Program-made: the position numbers and the translations under genes
Notes under the pieces: generated by a model
Databases searched by the model: none
Told to the model about the DNA's origin: nothing
What the model saw: only the letters and a program-made list of their open reading frames with translations
Shown here: positions 52,321-62,379 of the stretch, one piece after another
How positions within the stretch are numbered: position 1 is the stretch's first letter
Layout: each line of letters opens with the position of its first letter
From: Alphaproteobacteria bacterium
GTDB lineage: Bacteria > Pseudomonadota > Alphaproteobacteria > SP197
Length of the DNA stretch: 64,000 bases
Direction: 5' to 3'
Assembly (NCBI GenBank): GCA_964291265.2
Contig: OZ219747.1
Coordinates: 1,120,001-1,184,000, forward strand

Positions 52321-52546
52321 GCAAGACCAATGGGATCCAACAATAGGCAGAAAACAAAGACCGGGCGGACCTTCGTCCAATGCCGCACGTTCTCCTGTCG
52401 TGGTCACCCACTCACACGATCAGCGCCCAAAAGAGCGGTTCTCCGCCAATATCCCGCCGTTCTAAATCGCCGCCGACACCCTCGATTGTCGCGGTGGAGA
52501 CCACCGGTCTGCCCTTCTACGATGCCAACGGCGGCAGGATGCGTGC

Positions 52547-52930
52547 ATGACCGCGTTGTCGGATATCGCAGCGCAGCCATCAACACATGGACCGGATCAG
52601 GCACGAGCTGTTGACACGGATCAGCGAAGCCGCGCACGAGAGATCAAGGACGGTGATGATGCTCGGCGGACAGCGGAATGGCTCATCCTGGACGGGGAGT
52701 CAGATGGTGTGGCGACTGCTCAGCCGTTCATCGTGTTTGAGGAAAGCGACGCGTGGGAGAAACCGTCGCACGGTTCTGCCCGATCGATGCCGGCGCTGAC
52801 ACGGGATTCGAAGGAACTGCCTGGGCCGCCGGTTTCGCCAGACAGCCATCGTGATGCCACGATCAGCCGGCGAGATCGCGATCCTCGTACCGCGCAGCTC
52901 CGCGGCGTCCCTCGTCGTCCTGGTCCGTGA
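52547..52930 (+). pseudogene. soxG: Sarcosine oxidase gamma subunit remnant
   Basis: ATG overlaps the soxA stop; EWLIL, EESDAW and (shifted frame) VARFCPID motifs. Confidence 0.55.
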
Positions 52931-52935
52931 CGCGA

Positions 52936-53649
52936 TCACGCGCTCCGATTCGTCGATGCGCTCCGGCTGACCGATACGTCGCTGTCGGCCAGTTGATCGT
53001 AGACCTTCATGCCCCAGCCAATGTCCTGTTCGACCAGATCGCGTGCCAGCCTGGCGTTGCGGGCCCGAATGGCATCGGCAATGTGCGCGTGGAGCAGGCG
53101 CCAGTCCTCGGTCGTCTCCAGGGCCCGTACCACATCGGCAAGGTAGGGTCCCGACTGCGCCCACAATCCCTCGATGATCGACGTCATCTCCGGATTGCCG
53201 GCGCCGGCATAGATGGTGAAGTGAAAGGCGTAGTTGTTGGCGAGATAATCCCCCCTGACGCCACTCTCGATGTCCCTGTTCGTCTGGTGCGCAAGCGTCT
53301 CCAGCCGGTCGATCCCGGCCAGGGTCATGCGCGGCGTGGCGAGTTCCGTTGCCGCGCCTTCCAGGTTGGCGCGCAGGAAGAAGAGATCGGAAACGCGCGC
53401 AGGATCGAGCTTGGGAACGCGGAACGAGCGGTTCGCGGAGGCGATGAGGGCGCGTTCCGATGCCAGGCGCTTGAGCGCTTCGCGTACCGGCGTCATGCTG
53501 GTGCCCACCCTCTCGGCCACCGTGCGGATGGACAATGCAGCGTCAGGGCCGTGCTCGCCGACGATCAGCGACCACTTGAGCCGCTGGTAGATCTGATCGC
53601 TGAGCGACATGTCGCTCAGCGTGGATCGTGAGTTCCCGCCGCGCCCCAT
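52936..53649 (-). CDS. GntR family transcriptional regulator (FCD)
   Basis: SLSDQIYQRL, GTSMTPVREAL, RANLEG, NYAFH; start may be 53610. Confidence 0.9.
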   Translation of the reverse strand: MGRGGNSRSTLSDMSLSDQIYQRLKWSLIVGEHGPDAALSIRTVAERVGTSMTPVREALKRLASERALIASANRSFRVPKLDPARVSDLFFLRANLEGAATELATPRMTLAGIDRLETLAHQTNRDIESGVRGDYLANNYAFHFTIYAGAGNPEMTSIIEGLWAQSGPYLADVVRALETTEDWRLLHAHIADAIRARNARLARDLVEQDIGWGMKVYDQLADSDVSVSRSASTNRSA

Positions 53650-55304
53650 CAGTTTCCGGCGGCGTGCTGGCCGGTCCGGCGCCGGTGTTCCATGACGGTC
53701 TCGAGCCAGCCGACCCTGAGGTCGGGAACGGACCTCAACAGGAGATCGGTGTAGTCATGGTGGGGCGGCCGCAGCACCTCGGCCGTTGGACCCGTTTCCA
53801 CGATTTCGCCGTCACGCATGACCGCCACCCGGTCGGCGATGCGCGCGATTGTCGAGATGTCGTGGGAGATGAAGATGTAGGCCACGTTCAACCGGTCCTG
53901 CAGGGAAACAAGGAGATCCAGGATGGCTTCGGCCACCACCGTGTCGAGGGCCGAGGTGATTTCGTCGCAGATGATCAGCCGGGGATCGGCGGCAAGCGCC
54001 CGGGCCAGGTTGACCCTCTGCTTCTGACCGCCTGACAGCTCGCGCGGAAAGCGCCGTGCCATGGCGGGGTCGAGACCGACCAGCTCCAGGAGTTCGCCGA
54101 CCCGGCTCTCGATCGCCCGGCGATCCGCACCAAGATAGAACGCCAGCGGGCGACCCAGGATCTTCGAGACGGCGTGCCGCGGATTGAGCGCCACATCGGC
54201 CATCTGGAAGACGATCTGAACCTCGCGCAACTCGTCGCGTGTGCGTTGCTTCAGCGAGGCGGCGAGCGGCCGTCCCCTGAGGAGAACCCCGCCTTTCCAG
54301 GGCGCCATGAGGCCGCTGATGACACGGCCAAGTGTCGATTTTCCCGAACCGGATTCACCGATGACGCCGACGGTCTCCGCGGCACGCACGTCAAGGGAGA
54401 CATCGCGCAAGGCCGGCACCTCCCGCTGGCGACCATACCCGGCCGAGACACCCTTGACCGAAAGCAGGTGCGCCCCGTCGCCCCGCGATGTTCTCTGCGT
54501 CACCTCCGCCGGCATGACATGGGCGGCGGCGATCAACTGCCTTGTGTAGTCCTGTCGCGGAACGGTGATGATCGTTTGCGTGGGGCCGTACTCGACCATG
54601 CGGCCGTCCCTGAGCACCAGAATCTCGTCGGCGATCTGGGCAACGACGGCGAGGTCATGACTGACATAGATGGCCGAGGTCCGGTTTTCGCGAACCAGGT
54701 TCTTGAACGCCTGCAACACGTCGATCTGGGTCGTGACGTCGAGTGCGGTGGTCGGCTCGTCGAGGATCAGGAGCTTCGGGCTGCACATCATCGCCATGGC
54801 TGCCATCAGGCGCTGCAACTGGCCGCCGCTGACCTGGTGGGGGTAGCGTCGGCCGATGGTTTCCGGCGACGGCAAATCCAGTTCGCCATAGAGCGCGGCT
54901 GCCTTGCGGGTAGCGTCATCCTGGCTCATCAGGTTCCGGATCTGCGGGACCTCGGTGACCTGGCGGTTGATCGAGAGCGCGCTGTTGAACGACGCGGCGG
55001 CACTCTGGGCGACGTAGGAGATGTCGACGCCACGAACCTGTCGACGACCGGCGAGGTCCAATTGCAGCACGTCGGTGCCGTCAAGCAGGATCTCGCCTCC
55101 CTTGAAGGCACAGCCTGGACGGGTATAGCCCAGACAGGCAAGCGAGATGGTCGTCTTTCCCGATCCGGACTCACCGATCAGCGCGACCACCCTGCCGGGA
55201 GCGACCGAAAACGAGACATTCTGGACGATCGGTGTGCGTTCGCCGCGTTTGGCAATGGCGTCGATCGACAGGTTCTTTACATCGATGACGTTGCCGGTCA
55301 TCAC
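53649..55304 (-). CDS. Peptide-type ABC transporter ATP-binding protein (two NBDs)
   Basis: GESGSGKTT and [40 protein letters not shown]. Confidence 0.93.
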   Translation of the reverse strand: MMTGNVIDVKNLSIDAIAKRGERTPIVQNVSFSVAPGRVVALIGESGSGKTTISLACLGYTRPGCAFKGGEILLDGTDVLQLDLAGRRQVRGVDISYVAQSAAASFNSALSINRQVTEVPQIRNLMSQDDATRKAAALYGELDLPSPETIGRRYPHQVSGGQLQRLMAAMAMMCSPKLLILDEPTTALDVTTQIDVLQAFKNLVRENRTSAIYVSHDLAVVAQIADEILVLRDGRMVEYGPTQTIITVPRQDYTRQLIAAAHVMPAEVTQRTSRGDGAHLLSVKGVSAGYGRQREVPALRDVSLDVRAAETVGVIGESGSGKSTLGRVISGLMAPWKGGVLLRGRPLAASLKQRTRDELREVQIVFQMADVALNPRHAVSKILGRPLAFYLGADRRAIESRVGELLELVGLDPAMARRFPRELSGGQKQRVNLARALAADPRLIICDEITSALDTVVAEAILDLLVSLQDRLNVAYIFISHDISTIARIADRVAVMRDGEIVETGPTAEVLRPPHHDYTDLLLRSVPDLRVGWLETVMEHRRRTGQHAAGN

Positions 55305-56158
55305 CGGAGATCCTCCGGTGAGCTGGCGTCGTTGCGGCGCAGGTACCAGTCGACCAGGAGGTTGATGCTGATGGTGGTCGCGGCGATGCAGAGCGCCGGA
55401 TAGAGCGGCGTGAATGTACCGTAGAGGAGACCTTGCATGTTCTCCCGGATTAGGACTCCCAGGTCCGCCTGCGGCGGCTGGACGCCAAGGCCGAGGAAGC
55501 TCAGCGCCGAGATGAACAGGATGGCATAGGTGAAGCGGATGCCGAATTCCGCCGCCAGCGGGACCAGGGTGTTGGGCAGGATTTCATGCCACATGAGCCA
55601 GCCAAACCGCTCGCCTCGTACGGTTGCGGCCTCGACATAGTCCTGGACCACGATATCGACGCCAAGCGCCCGGGCAACCCGGAAGACCCGGGTCGCATCG
55701 ATGAAGGCGATGGTGACGACAAGAACCGGGATCGACGGCCCGAGCGCCGTGATGACGATCAGCGCCAGCATGATCGCCGGGAAGGCGATGAGGGCGTCGA
55801 CCAGACGGCTGATCAGCATGTCGAACCGGCCACCGATGACAGCGGCCAGAAAGCCGAGACTACAGCCGACGAGGAAGGCCAGCAACGCGATCGTGAGAGA
55901 GACGGCGACGGTGAGTCTCAGACCGTAGAACAGCCGGGAAAAGAGGTCCCGTCCCAGATAGTCGCTGCCAAGCAACAAGCCCTCGCCCGGTGACACGAAA
56001 CTGCCGGTCGTCAGGATCTCGCCTTCCCTGTGGGGTGCCAGGAATGGCGCCAGGATCGCGGCAAGCAGGATCAGACAGATGATCGACAGGCACAGCGTGG
56101 CCGTCGGCGTCAGATCGCGCCTGGCCTCGCGAAGCGCCATGACAACGCGCTCGACCAT
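55301..56158 (-). CDS. ABC transporter permease (DppC-like)
   Basis: LGSDYLGRDLFSR, YVEAA, LSFLGLG. Confidence 0.9.
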   Translation of the reverse strand: MVERVVMALREARRDLTPTATLCLSIICLILLAAILAPFLAPHREGEILTTGSFVSPGEGLLLGSDYLGRDLFSRLFYGLRLTVAVSLTIALLAFLVGCSLGFLAAVIGGRFDMLISRLVDALIAFPAIMLALIVITALGPSIPVLVVTIAFIDATRVFRVARALGVDIVVQDYVEAATVRGERFGWLMWHEILPNTLVPLAAEFGIRFTYAILFISALSFLGLGVQPPQADLGVLIRENMQGLLYGTFTPLYPALCIAATTISINLLVDWYLRRNDASSPEDLR

Positions 56159-57112
56159 CTACTTCGGGTGCCTGACGCGTGGATTGGCGATGAGCGAGAT
56201 GATGTCGGCAGCCAGATTCAGCACGACATAGGTTGAGCAGAAGATCATCGCCGCAGCCTGCACCAGGGGGATGTCACGCGTCGTCACTCCTTCGACCATC
56301 AGTCTGCCAATGCCCGGAAAATTGAACATGGACTCGATCACGACTATGCCGGTGATGAGGTAGGCAAGGTTGAGCGCGATGACGTTGATGATCGGTGCAA
56401 TGGCGTTGGGCAGCGCATGAACCAGAATGATCCGCCATTTCGGCACACCCTTGAGGACAGCCATTTCTATCGGCGACGAGGTCAGCACGTTCAGGACAGC
56501 GCTGCGCGTCATCCGCGCCATGTGCGCCATGACGGTGAAGGAGAGCGCAGTCACCGGCAGGGCGAGAACGCGCGCGTACTCGAGAAATCCGTCGACGCGG
56601 TTCAGGTTGGCAATGGCCGGCAGCCAGCCGAGCTGAACGGCAAACAGCGATACGAGAAGGACCGCAATCAGGAAATCGGGCACGGAAATGAGCGCCAGGG
56701 TCGAGGTCGAGATCAGGCGGTCAATCGCGCTGTCGGGCCGGGTCGAGGCCATGAGTCCGAGCGCGATCGAGAGCGGCACGGCAATCGCCGCCGTGACGGC
56801 TGCCAGCAGAACCGTATTGCCGATGCGCTCGCCGATGACATCGTTCAGGATCGCGCCGTTGGCCAGAGAGGTGCCGAGGTCGCCACGCAACAGTTCTCCC
56901 AGCCAAGCAAGGTAGCGCAGGTGGGCCGGCTCATCGAGGCCCAGCCGTTCGCGGATGTTGGCGACCAGTTCCGGTGTCGCTCCCTGCCCCAGGATGGCGT
57001 AGGCGACATCACCGGGCAGTATCTCGGTGCCGACAAAGACCAGGATCGAAACGATCAGCACGGTGAGGATGCCCAGCCCCAAACGCTGCACGATGACGCT
57101 GAGGATGTTCAT
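56159..57112 (-). CDS. ABC transporter permease (DppB-like)
   Basis: LPGDVA, GDLGTSL, EMAVLKG, HALPNA, RDIPLVQ. Confidence 0.9.
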   Translation of the reverse strand: MNILSVIVQRLGLGILTVLIVSILVFVGTEILPGDVAYAILGQGATPELVANIRERLGLDEPAHLRYLAWLGELLRGDLGTSLANGAILNDVIGERIGNTVLLAAVTAAIAVPLSIALGLMASTRPDSAIDRLISTSTLALISVPDFLIAVLLVSLFAVQLGWLPAIANLNRVDGFLEYARVLALPVTALSFTVMAHMARMTRSAVLNVLTSSPIEMAVLKGVPKWRIILVHALPNAIAPIINVIALNLAYLITGIVVIESMFNFPGIGRLMVEGVTTRDIPLVQAAAMIFCSTYVVLNLAADIISLIANPRVRHPK

Positions 57113-57225
57113 GGATTGCGCTTCGCGCTCCTCCCGCTCCCAGCCGCTTCCAGACTACCATGGAACGGCCACCGCGGAAGCGACGCCCCCGTGGCGGCCG
57201 TCGCAGGTCACACCGACGGTCAGAT

Positions 57226-58824
57226 TCAACTCTCGGTGCGTTCAAGCCACGCAGTACGGGCCATCTGGTAGAAACCGAGCGGCCCGGACGGGTGCGGCAC
57301 GATACCCTGTACTTCGGTTCGGGAGGCGTCCATGTAGTCGCTGAACGCCATGGTGATATGGCCGCCGTCGTCCTGGAGCATGCGCTGCAGTTCGCAGTAC
57401 ATTTCCTTGCGCAAGTTGAAATCGGTGACGCCGCGCGCTTCGACCATGATCTTGTCGAAGTTCTCGTTGTTCCACGCCGTTTCGTTGTACGAGGCGCCGC
57501 CCGCGAAGGCGATCGACAGGATGAGATCGGGCACGGGCCGTCCGTCCCAACCGGAAACGCACATGGGTTTCACCAGCCATGCAGTCTGCCAATAGGTATC
57601 GGCCGGTGGCTGGATGAGGTTGATGTCGATACCCGCGGCCCGCGCCGATTCCTGGAAAACCTGGCCGGCGGCAAGGCCACCCTGGCCCGGCACGTCGGAG
57701 GCGTAGAAGTCGATGGGCGTGCCTTCGAGTCCGGTCTTCCGAAAATGGAACCTGGCCTTGTCTGGATCATGGACGCGCTGTTCGATGTCACTGCAGTAGT
57801 AGGGATCGATCGGCGAGATCGGGTGATCGTTGCCGACATGAGCGAACCCCTTCATCACGTTTTCGATGATCGCCTCTCGGTCAATGGCATGCTTCATCGC
57901 GAGGCGGAAATCGGGATCGCTCGTCGGCTCGCGGTCGAGCATCATGGCGATATTGAGGAACGAGGCGCTCTTCGAGTTCAGCACCCTGACGTCGTCGCGC
58001 TGCTCGATCAGGCCGACGGCCTTGGGATCGAGATAGAGCAACACGTTGATGTCGTCGGACAACAGCGCGTTGGTCCGCGCCGTCGGATCGCCGACCGCCA
58101 CCGTCTCGAACTCGTCGACCCAGGGTCCGTCATCACCCCAGTAGTTGCCGTTGCGCTCGAAGACATAGCTCAGGCCGGCCTGGAAGTCCTTGACCTTGAA
58201 CGGTCCCGTGCCGGATGTGTTGTTGCTGAAGTCGGTCCAGCCTTCCTGGGAGACGTGGACGCGCGTATCGCTGAGGACGATGGGAAAGTCCGCGTTGGGT
58301 GAGGACAGCCTGAACTTGACGACGTGATCTCCGTCCTTCGCCATCTCGGCGATCTGCCCCAGATAGGCCTTGGCAGGCGATTCCGAACCCTCTGCAAGGT
58401 GGCGACTGAAGGAGAAGATGACATCGTCGGCATTGAACGTCTTGCCGCTGTGAAAGGTGACGCCCTTGCGCAGCTCGAAGGTCCACTCGGTGGCGTCGTC
58501 GCTGACGTCCCAACCCGTGGCGAGCCAGGGAATCGGACGCAGGTCGGGGCCGCGGTTGACCATGAGGTCATAGACCGAAAATCCGCGCAGGAGATCGGAG
58601 GTCGAGTAGAACGCTGTCGGATCGAGTGAATCGACGTTTTGCGCGGCCTCGACACCAACCGTGAGACGACCGCCCTTGACCGGCGACTGCGCCCTGGCGG
58701 CGCTCGTGATCAGGCCCGGAAGGACCGAGGCGCCGACTCCGGCAGCGGCCATGCGGCCAGCAAACTCGCGTCGCGAAATGCGCCGCTTGACGAACAGGTC
58801 AGTCAGATAGTCGATCTTTGACAT
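57226..58824 (-). CDS. ABC transporter substrate-binding protein (family 5, Tat signal)
   Basis: SRREF twin-arginine, [16 protein letters not shown]; GAGG RBS before ATG 58824. Confidence 0.9.
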   Translation of the reverse strand: MSKIDYLTDLFVKRRISRREFAGRMAAAGVGASVLPGLITSAARAQSPVKGGRLTVGVEAAQNVDSLDPTAFYSTSDLLRGFSVYDLMVNRGPDLRPIPWLATGWDVSDDATEWTFELRKGVTFHSGKTFNADDVIFSFSRHLAEGSESPAKAYLGQIAEMAKDGDHVVKFRLSSPNADFPIVLSDTRVHVSQEGWTDFSNNTSGTGPFKVKDFQAGLSYVFERNGNYWGDDGPWVDEFETVAVGDPTARTNALLSDDINVLLYLDPKAVGLIEQRDDVRVLNSKSASFLNIAMMLDREPTSDPDFRLAMKHAIDREAIIENVMKGFAHVGNDHPISPIDPYYCSDIEQRVHDPDKARFHFRKTGLEGTPIDFYASDVPGQGGLAAGQVFQESARAAGIDINLIQPPADTYWQTAWLVKPMCVSGWDGRPVPDLILSIAFAGGASYNETAWNNENFDKIMVEARGVTDFNLRKEMYCELQRMLQDDGGHITMAFSDYMDASRTEVQGIVPHPSGPLGFYQMARTAWLERTES

Positions 58825-58982
58825 GGGTGCTTCCTCTTCAGTCTCATGGCTGCCCGTGCAGGACAATGGTGCGATCAACTCGAATCTGTGATCACACATC
58901 ATAGGGGCTCGTTGACGTGGTTCAAGAACAATGCGGACAGCAGCGATCGGACGATTTTCACCAGGGATCGGTTCGCGCAACA

Positions 58983-58996
58983 CCCCCCCCCCCCCC
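58983..58996. repeat. C14/G14 homopolymer upstream of the SBP gene
   Basis: 14 consecutive C on the + strand, ~160 bp upstream of the 58824 start. Confidence 0.9.
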
Positions 58997-59281
58997 GTTC
59001 TGCGGACCACGGTGGCGCACGATTCCTCGGCGAGGACTGACGGCGGGGACGCGGGCTCCGGGAATGGTCGGGAACCCGATCGCACGGCTCCAGGAGAGGT
59101 CGGCACCGGAAGGACTTCGATTCCTTCGTTGCCGTCCAGGCGACGCGCGAGTGTTCCAGAGGACGTTTCCGGGTTGCCCTCGTGTACACCGAACACGTCG
59201 AAGAAGGCGTTGCAGAAGCTTTCAGTGCTCGGTGAAGGCGGCGCCGCGGGCGCGAACCTCGTTCCATGACAGGCGCACGGC

Positions 59282-60211
59282 TTACGGCGCGTCCTGATCG
59301 AAATAGTCTTCGTCGATCCGCTTGACCTCGTAACGAAGCTGTGTCCGCACACCGATTCCGTGCCGAACCATGAGCCGCGCCAGTTCTTCGCCGTCGATCA
59401 GGACGATCCGCTTCGGACTCCGCGCCACATAGTCCCTGGCGGCGCGCGTGAAGCCGGAAGTGGTGACGAAAACGCCCTTCGTCGTGCCTGCGGCGTCGAT
59501 CGCGCCCGCAAAGTTGCGCAGCTCGCCTTCGCCCACGGTGCTGCCTTCCGCATATCTCTTCGCCTGCACGTAAACCTCGTCCAGACCGAGCGCATCCTCC
59601 CGGATCGTGCCGTCGATTCCGCCATCGCCAGAACGTCCCGTCACGCGGCCTCTCTCGGCATCGCCGCCGCCATAGCCCATCGCGATCAGCAAATCGACAA
59701 CCGCCCGTTCGAGAAACTCCGGCGCCGCATCACGAACCCGATGCAGCACTTCGGCTTCCAGAGCGCTGCTCAGCTGTCGCTAGGCCTGGCCCAGAGCTTC
59801 CTCCGGGGTGTCGGCAAGTTCTTCGTTCTGCCCGGATGTCGCATCCTTGCCGGGAGGCGGAGCTTTCGCGCGTTGCCACCATTCGGCGAAATCGGGGTAC
59901 TCTGTGAGCAGGTTCAGGTCGATGCGCGAAGGCGCACGAGACAACAAGTGTTGACCTTTGTCCGTGAGCCGATAGACACCGCGACGGACCCGTTCCAGAA
60001 GCCCGGCTCGTTCCATGTGGCTCATGGCCCAACTCACACGGTTCGCGAACACCGCCTGCCGACCGCTCGGGAGCATTTCCCGGACATCTTCCGCCGAGAG
60101 TCCCTCGGCGGCGGCGATACGCTCGCGGGCTTCGGAAAGTGACAGCTCCCCATCGCCGGCGAACGCCTTGAGAGCGGGGAGCATCAGCGACTGGAAATCA
60201 GGGACGGGCAT
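59282..60211 (-). pseudogene. mrr: Mrr type IV restriction endonuclease with an in-frame amber stop at 59780-59782
   Basis: MPVPDFQSLMLP, LPSGRQAVFANRVSWA; after TAG the same frame continues with MGYGG, GDGGIDG, DALGLD, VQAKRY, LIDG. Confidence 0.88.
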
Positions 60212-60434
60212 CGCATGCCGCCCTTGTTGTCGCCACCTGCCGCGGCGTCACGCAGTTCGCGATCTCGCGGCCCGCCGCGATCTCCGCCTGGCGAAGCTCC
60301 CAGGTCTTCTGCAAGTTCATCCAGAATTCGCCCTGCGCTTTCGACAGCGCATTGGCCGACAGGTCAAGCGCTTCGATTTCGTCGCGTAGCACTTCGCCGG
60401 GATGTAGCGACCTCATGCTATTCCTCGTGTTCAT
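60198..60434 (-). pseudogene. higA: HigA antitoxin with internal HTH deletion
   Basis: HPGEVLRDE, LSANALSKA joined almost directly to EFWMNLQ; the usual ALRL..FGT segment is missing. Confidence 0.75.
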
Positions 60435-60444
60435 GTTCGGCCCC

Positions 60445-60723
60445 TCAGTGACAGTCCACGATCTCGACCTCGCATGGCCCGTCGTCGGTTCGGCGGAAGC
60501 AGGTGCGCCATTTCGTGTTGATCCGGATGCTGCACTGCCCGGCACGGTCGCCCCGCAGCGCCTCCAGCTGGTGCGCGGCAATGCGGCAAGGTCCCCGAGC
60601 GTCTCTGCGCCGTCCAGCAGGATCAGTCGACGCACCGCCTGATCGGCGAAACCTTGAAACACTGCAACTCATCGTTTCTCGAAGAAGCGCCGCGTCTCCC
60701 GATCCTTGTAGACCTCGAATCAA
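60445..60723 (-). pseudogene. higB: HigB (RelE/ParE family) toxin, frameshifted
   Basis: YKDRETRRFF, FQGFADQAVRRL..LD.A and LEALRGDRAGQCSIRINTKWR.CF...VEIVDCH lie in different frames. Confidence 0.78.
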
Positions 60724-60942
60724 GCGCGCCGATCGTAACTCATGCCTGCGCTTTCCGTAAAGAACGCTGCGGGGCTTGTTCAGCAAAGCGAATCCCAGAC
60801 ACGGCTTCCTCTGACATCGGTCGGTGCGTGACGATCAAGACCCGACAGGCACGAATCGCCAGACCGCCGACGGAGCCTGATCTGTGCCTGTCATCGGGGG
60901 TTCGGCTCAAGCTCTCGGCATATGTGCCCGCGGGAGCGGTCC

Positions 60943-62007
60943 TCACAGGCGCTGACCAGTTGCCGAGTCGAAGATGTGCAGCTTTCCCGGCACCACGCGC
61001 AGTCGAACCGTGGCGCCGGACGTAACCATGGAATCGCGCGGCACCGTGGCAACAAAATCTGCGCCGCCAATGACAAGATGCAAGTTGAGATCGGCTCCGG
61101 TCTTTTCGGCAAGAACGAGTTTGCCCTCGATGTCTCCGGCGTCGTCAAGCGTCAGGTCAGTCGGCCGCATGCCGCAAACCAGCTTCTGCCCCGGCTTCGC
61201 GCCACTCGGTGAAGGAAGTGGCAGCTCGAGACCACCACCGACGAAGCTCAGGGTCGTGCCACTGGCGGCGGCTGCACCGTCGATGAAGTTCATGGTCGGT
61301 GAACCGATGAAATCCGCGGCAAAACGGCTGCCAGGACGATCATAGAGTTCGTCAGGGGTGCCGACCTGCTCGATGTCACCGCCCTTCATCAGCACGATGC
61401 GGTCCGCCATGGTCATCGCCTCGATCTGATCATGCGTGACATAGATCGTGGTGGCACCGAGGCGGTCATGGAGCCTGCGGATTTCGAAGCGCATCTGTGC
61501 CCGCAGTTTGGCATCAAGGTTCGACAACGGCTCGTCGAACAGGAAGACCTCGGCGCTTCTCACCATCGCCCGGCCCATGGCGACACGCTGGCGCTGCCCA
61601 CCGGACAGTTCCCTGGGATATCGATCCAGGTGGTCGGAGAGATTGAGAAGGGCCGCAGCCTCTTCGACCCGGCGCCGCACGTCATCCTTCGGCAGCTTCT
61701 TGATCTGGAGGCTGAAAGCGATGTTGTCGAACACCTTCATCGTCGGATAAAGCGCATAGTTCTGGAACACCATCGCGATGTTGCGGTCACGCGGATGCAC
61801 CTCGTTCATGGGGACGCCGCCGATGTGAACCTCACCGCCGGAGATCGTCTCAAGGCCGGCGGTCATGCGCAGCAACGTGGTCTTGCCGCATCCCGAGGCG
61901 CCAAGAAGAACGACGAATTCTCCGTGGTCGATCGTCAGCGACAGATCACGGATCACTTCTACCGGCCCGTAGCTCTTGGCAACGCCGCGGTACTCGACAC
62001 TCGCCAT
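60943..62007 (-). CDS. Carbohydrate-type ABC transporter ATP-binding protein (MalK/UgpC family)
   Basis: GASGCGKTT, VFQNYALYP, LSGGQRQR, DEPLSNLDAKLR. Confidence 0.93.
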   Translation of the reverse strand: MASVEYRGVAKSYGPVEVIRDLSLTIDHGEFVVLLGASGCGKTTLLRMTAGLETISGGEVHIGGVPMNEVHPRDRNIAMVFQNYALYPTMKVFDNIAFSLQIKKLPKDDVRRRVEEAAALLNLSDHLDRYPRELSGGQRQRVAMGRAMVRSAEVFLFDEPLSNLDAKLRAQMRFEIRRLHDRLGATTIYVTHDQIEAMTMADRIVLMKGGDIEQVGTPDELYDRPGSRFAADFIGSPTMNFIDGAAAASGTTLSFVGGGLELPLPSPSGAKPGQKLVCGMRPTDLTLDDAGDIEGKLVLAEKTGADLNLHLVIGGADFVATVPRDSMVTSGATVRLRVVPGKLHIFDSATGQRL

Positions 62008-62379
62008 CAGCAGTCCTCGTGTTCCGGCATCAGCAGCGCTGCCGCGGTGTCGTCGGCAAGAACTCCTGAATCTGCGCGGTCTCCAGCACAGCCAGCGGGG
62101 TCACGGGCAACGCTGTGCGCTACTCCCCTTGCTTCCTTATCGGCTGCGTCCGCCTTGCAGCTCGCCGGAGACCTTGTCTTCGAGGATACGGCATTCGCGG
62201 CTTTCCGGCGACAAGGATCATGACATGATTCGCACGGCAAACCGATGACGGCGCCGGTCGGATTCGTCATCTCGAACGCGATGACACATCCATTGCCGAC
62301 CATGGGTGGCGATCGACTCGACCGCCGGACGGGATCCGTGGGGCAGATGCGTGTCCGCCCCACGGATGGAACCTTGTGC

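Larger units (their letters stand above)
47153..52478 (+). mobile_element. IS21-family transposon with passenger genes (5.3 kb)
   Basis: Imperfect IRs TGTTGATGGCTGCATAGAACGGCGGGAT (left) and TGTCGGCGGCGATTTAGAACGGCGGGAT (right, reverse); 5-bp TSD CCCTC at 47148-47152 and 52479-52483; istA-istB. Confidence 0.92.

Noticed and set aside
52573-52585. 13-bp perfect inverted match to the IS21 left end (GCAGCCATCAACA)
   Set aside because: No TSD; it lies in the soxG remnant. The end at 52478 has the longer IR core and the CCCTC duplication.
59780-59782. Pyrrolysine recoding of the mrr TAG, prompted by the MttB gene
   Set aside because: This MttB has no amber codon, no pyl genes or tRNA are visible, and the neighbouring genes are pseudogenes.
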